Origin: Patescibacteria group bacterium
Lineage (GTDB): Bacteria > Patescibacteriota > UBA1384 > XYA2-FULL-43-10
Direction of reading: 5' to 3'
Assembly (NCBI GenBank): GCA_041674405.1
Contig: JBAYVT010000004.1
Span: 60,001-92,000, forward strand
Length of the DNA: 32,000 nt
Shown: piece after piece, positions 31,308-32,000 of the stretch
Numbering within the stretch: position 1 is the first letter of the stretch
Layout: each line of letters begins with the position of its first letter
Notes under the pieces: generated by a model
Database searches by the model: none
The model's input: the letters and a program-made list of their open reading frames with translations, nothing else
What the model was told of the DNA's origin: nothing
Program-made: the position numbers and the translations under genes

Positions 31308-32000
31308 ATGGATCTGGAAATCTTAAAAAAGTTAGTAGAGTTTGACACAAGATCGGAAAATACGAATTTGCCGCTAATTTATTATTGCCAAAAGAAATTT
31401 GAAGAGTATGGTTTTGAAACGCGAATATGGGGAAAGGACAACAAAGCAAATTTATTTGCATTCAAGCCTGCTTATGGCAGTAGAATTGTACTTTCGGCGC
31501 ATACCGACACCGTCCCGCCCGGCGAAGGTTGGAATTCGGACCCATTCAAGCTTGAACAAAATGAAGATTCGATAATTGGGTTGGGTATTGCCGACATGAA
31601 AATTTTTATTGCGATCATGCTTAAATTGGCTCAAGCTAATTTAGCCAAAAATTTAGCCTTTCTTCTAACTTACAACGAAGAAACCGATTTCGAAGGGGCA
31701 AAATTAATTGATAGAAAAATTATCGGCAAAAGCGATTATTTAATCATTGGAGAACCGACTGGCGGGAAGATTATTACAAATTCTAAGGGTCTTGTCGCAT
31801 ATGAGCTGGAATTGACCGGAAAAGGAGGCCACGGAAGCGAACCGGAAAATGGAGTCTCCAGCATATTAGACTCATCAAAATTTATTTTAGAATTGTCGAA
31901 AGGATTTAAAGAAATTCAAGAAAAAAACAAAGATGATTCATTTGTAAATCCACTGCCTACTTTGAATTTTGGCACAATTTCTGGCGGAGAAGCTATAAAC
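31308..32000 (+). CDS. M20-family metallopeptidase (ArgE/DapE-like deacylase), partial (continues past window end)
   Basis: ATG 31308 lies 5 nt after AAGGAG. LSAHTDTVPPGEGWNSDPF and GLGIADMKIF are the M20 metal-binding and catalytic motifs. The frame is open to position 32000 and is absent from the ORF track because no stop lies in the window. Confidence 0.85.
   Translation, partial: MDLEILKKLVEFDTRSENTNLPLIYYCQKKFEEYGFETRIWGKDNKANLFAFKPAYGSRIVLSAHTDTVPPGEGWNSDPFKLEQNEDSIIGLGIADMKIFIAIMLKLAQANLAKNLAFLLTYNEETDFEGAKLIDRKIIGKSDYLIIGEPTGGKIITNSKGLVAYELELTGKGGHGSEPENGVSSILDSSKFILELSKGFKEIQEKNKDDSFVNPLPTLNFGTISGGEAIN

Noticed and set aside
1-32000. Search for tRNA, rRNA, tmRNA, RNase P RNA, CRISPR arrays and transposase/IS ends
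   Set aside because: No T-loop consensus (GGTTCGAAT/GGTTCAAAT or complements), no RNase P GAGGAAAGTCC box, no regularly spaced 25-40-nt direct repeats and no terminal inverted repeats with a transposase-like ORF were seen by eye. The GC-rich islands were considered as structured RNAs, but each contains ORFs with SD and terminator signals.

Overview
The window reads as an AT-rich, tightly packed genome with short or leaderless 5' ends and trimmed housekeeping genes. This fits an ultra-small (CPR/Patescibacteria-like) bacterium, but that is inference only; no search was run.

Positions 1-19384 form one long minus-strand gene train. It starts with two undecaprenyl-pyrophosphate phosphatase genes (PAP2-type and uppP). 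It then runs into an ~18 kb type IV secretion (T4SS)-like module in Gram-positive Prg/Tcp/Con gene order:
- a membrane-anchored TPR protein and a 630-aa secreted protein;
- a VirB6/TrbL-like polytopic protein, an acidic HExxH protein and a PrgI/VirB3-like protein;
- an ATPase-less protein resembling a VirB4 N-domain, then VirB4 itself;
- a PEGA + TolB-like propeller protein;
- an M15 and a C39-like cell-wall hydrolase;
- a >1,421-aa secreted giant protein that runs off the window edge.

No relaxase, coupling ATPase or oriT is visible.

Positions 19.4-32 kb carry housekeeping genes: a xerC-like recombinase, murE-like, a FemAB-family gene, tsaD, valS and an M20 peptidase. A Doc-type toxin-antitoxin pair sits among them.

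Two unusual features overlay this half:
1. Four sharply GC-rich mini-islands sit between the AT-rich core genes. Three carry their own predicted intrinsic terminator and the fourth ends in a GC-rich stem-loop.
2. A dispersed family of period-7 and period-8 tandem micro-repeats occurs in intergenic spacers and, in frame, inside xerC, the FemAB-family gene, tsaD (four sites), valS (two sites) and uppP.

No tRNA, rRNA, CRISPR array or transposase was recognised. All functional calls rest on motifs read by eye.
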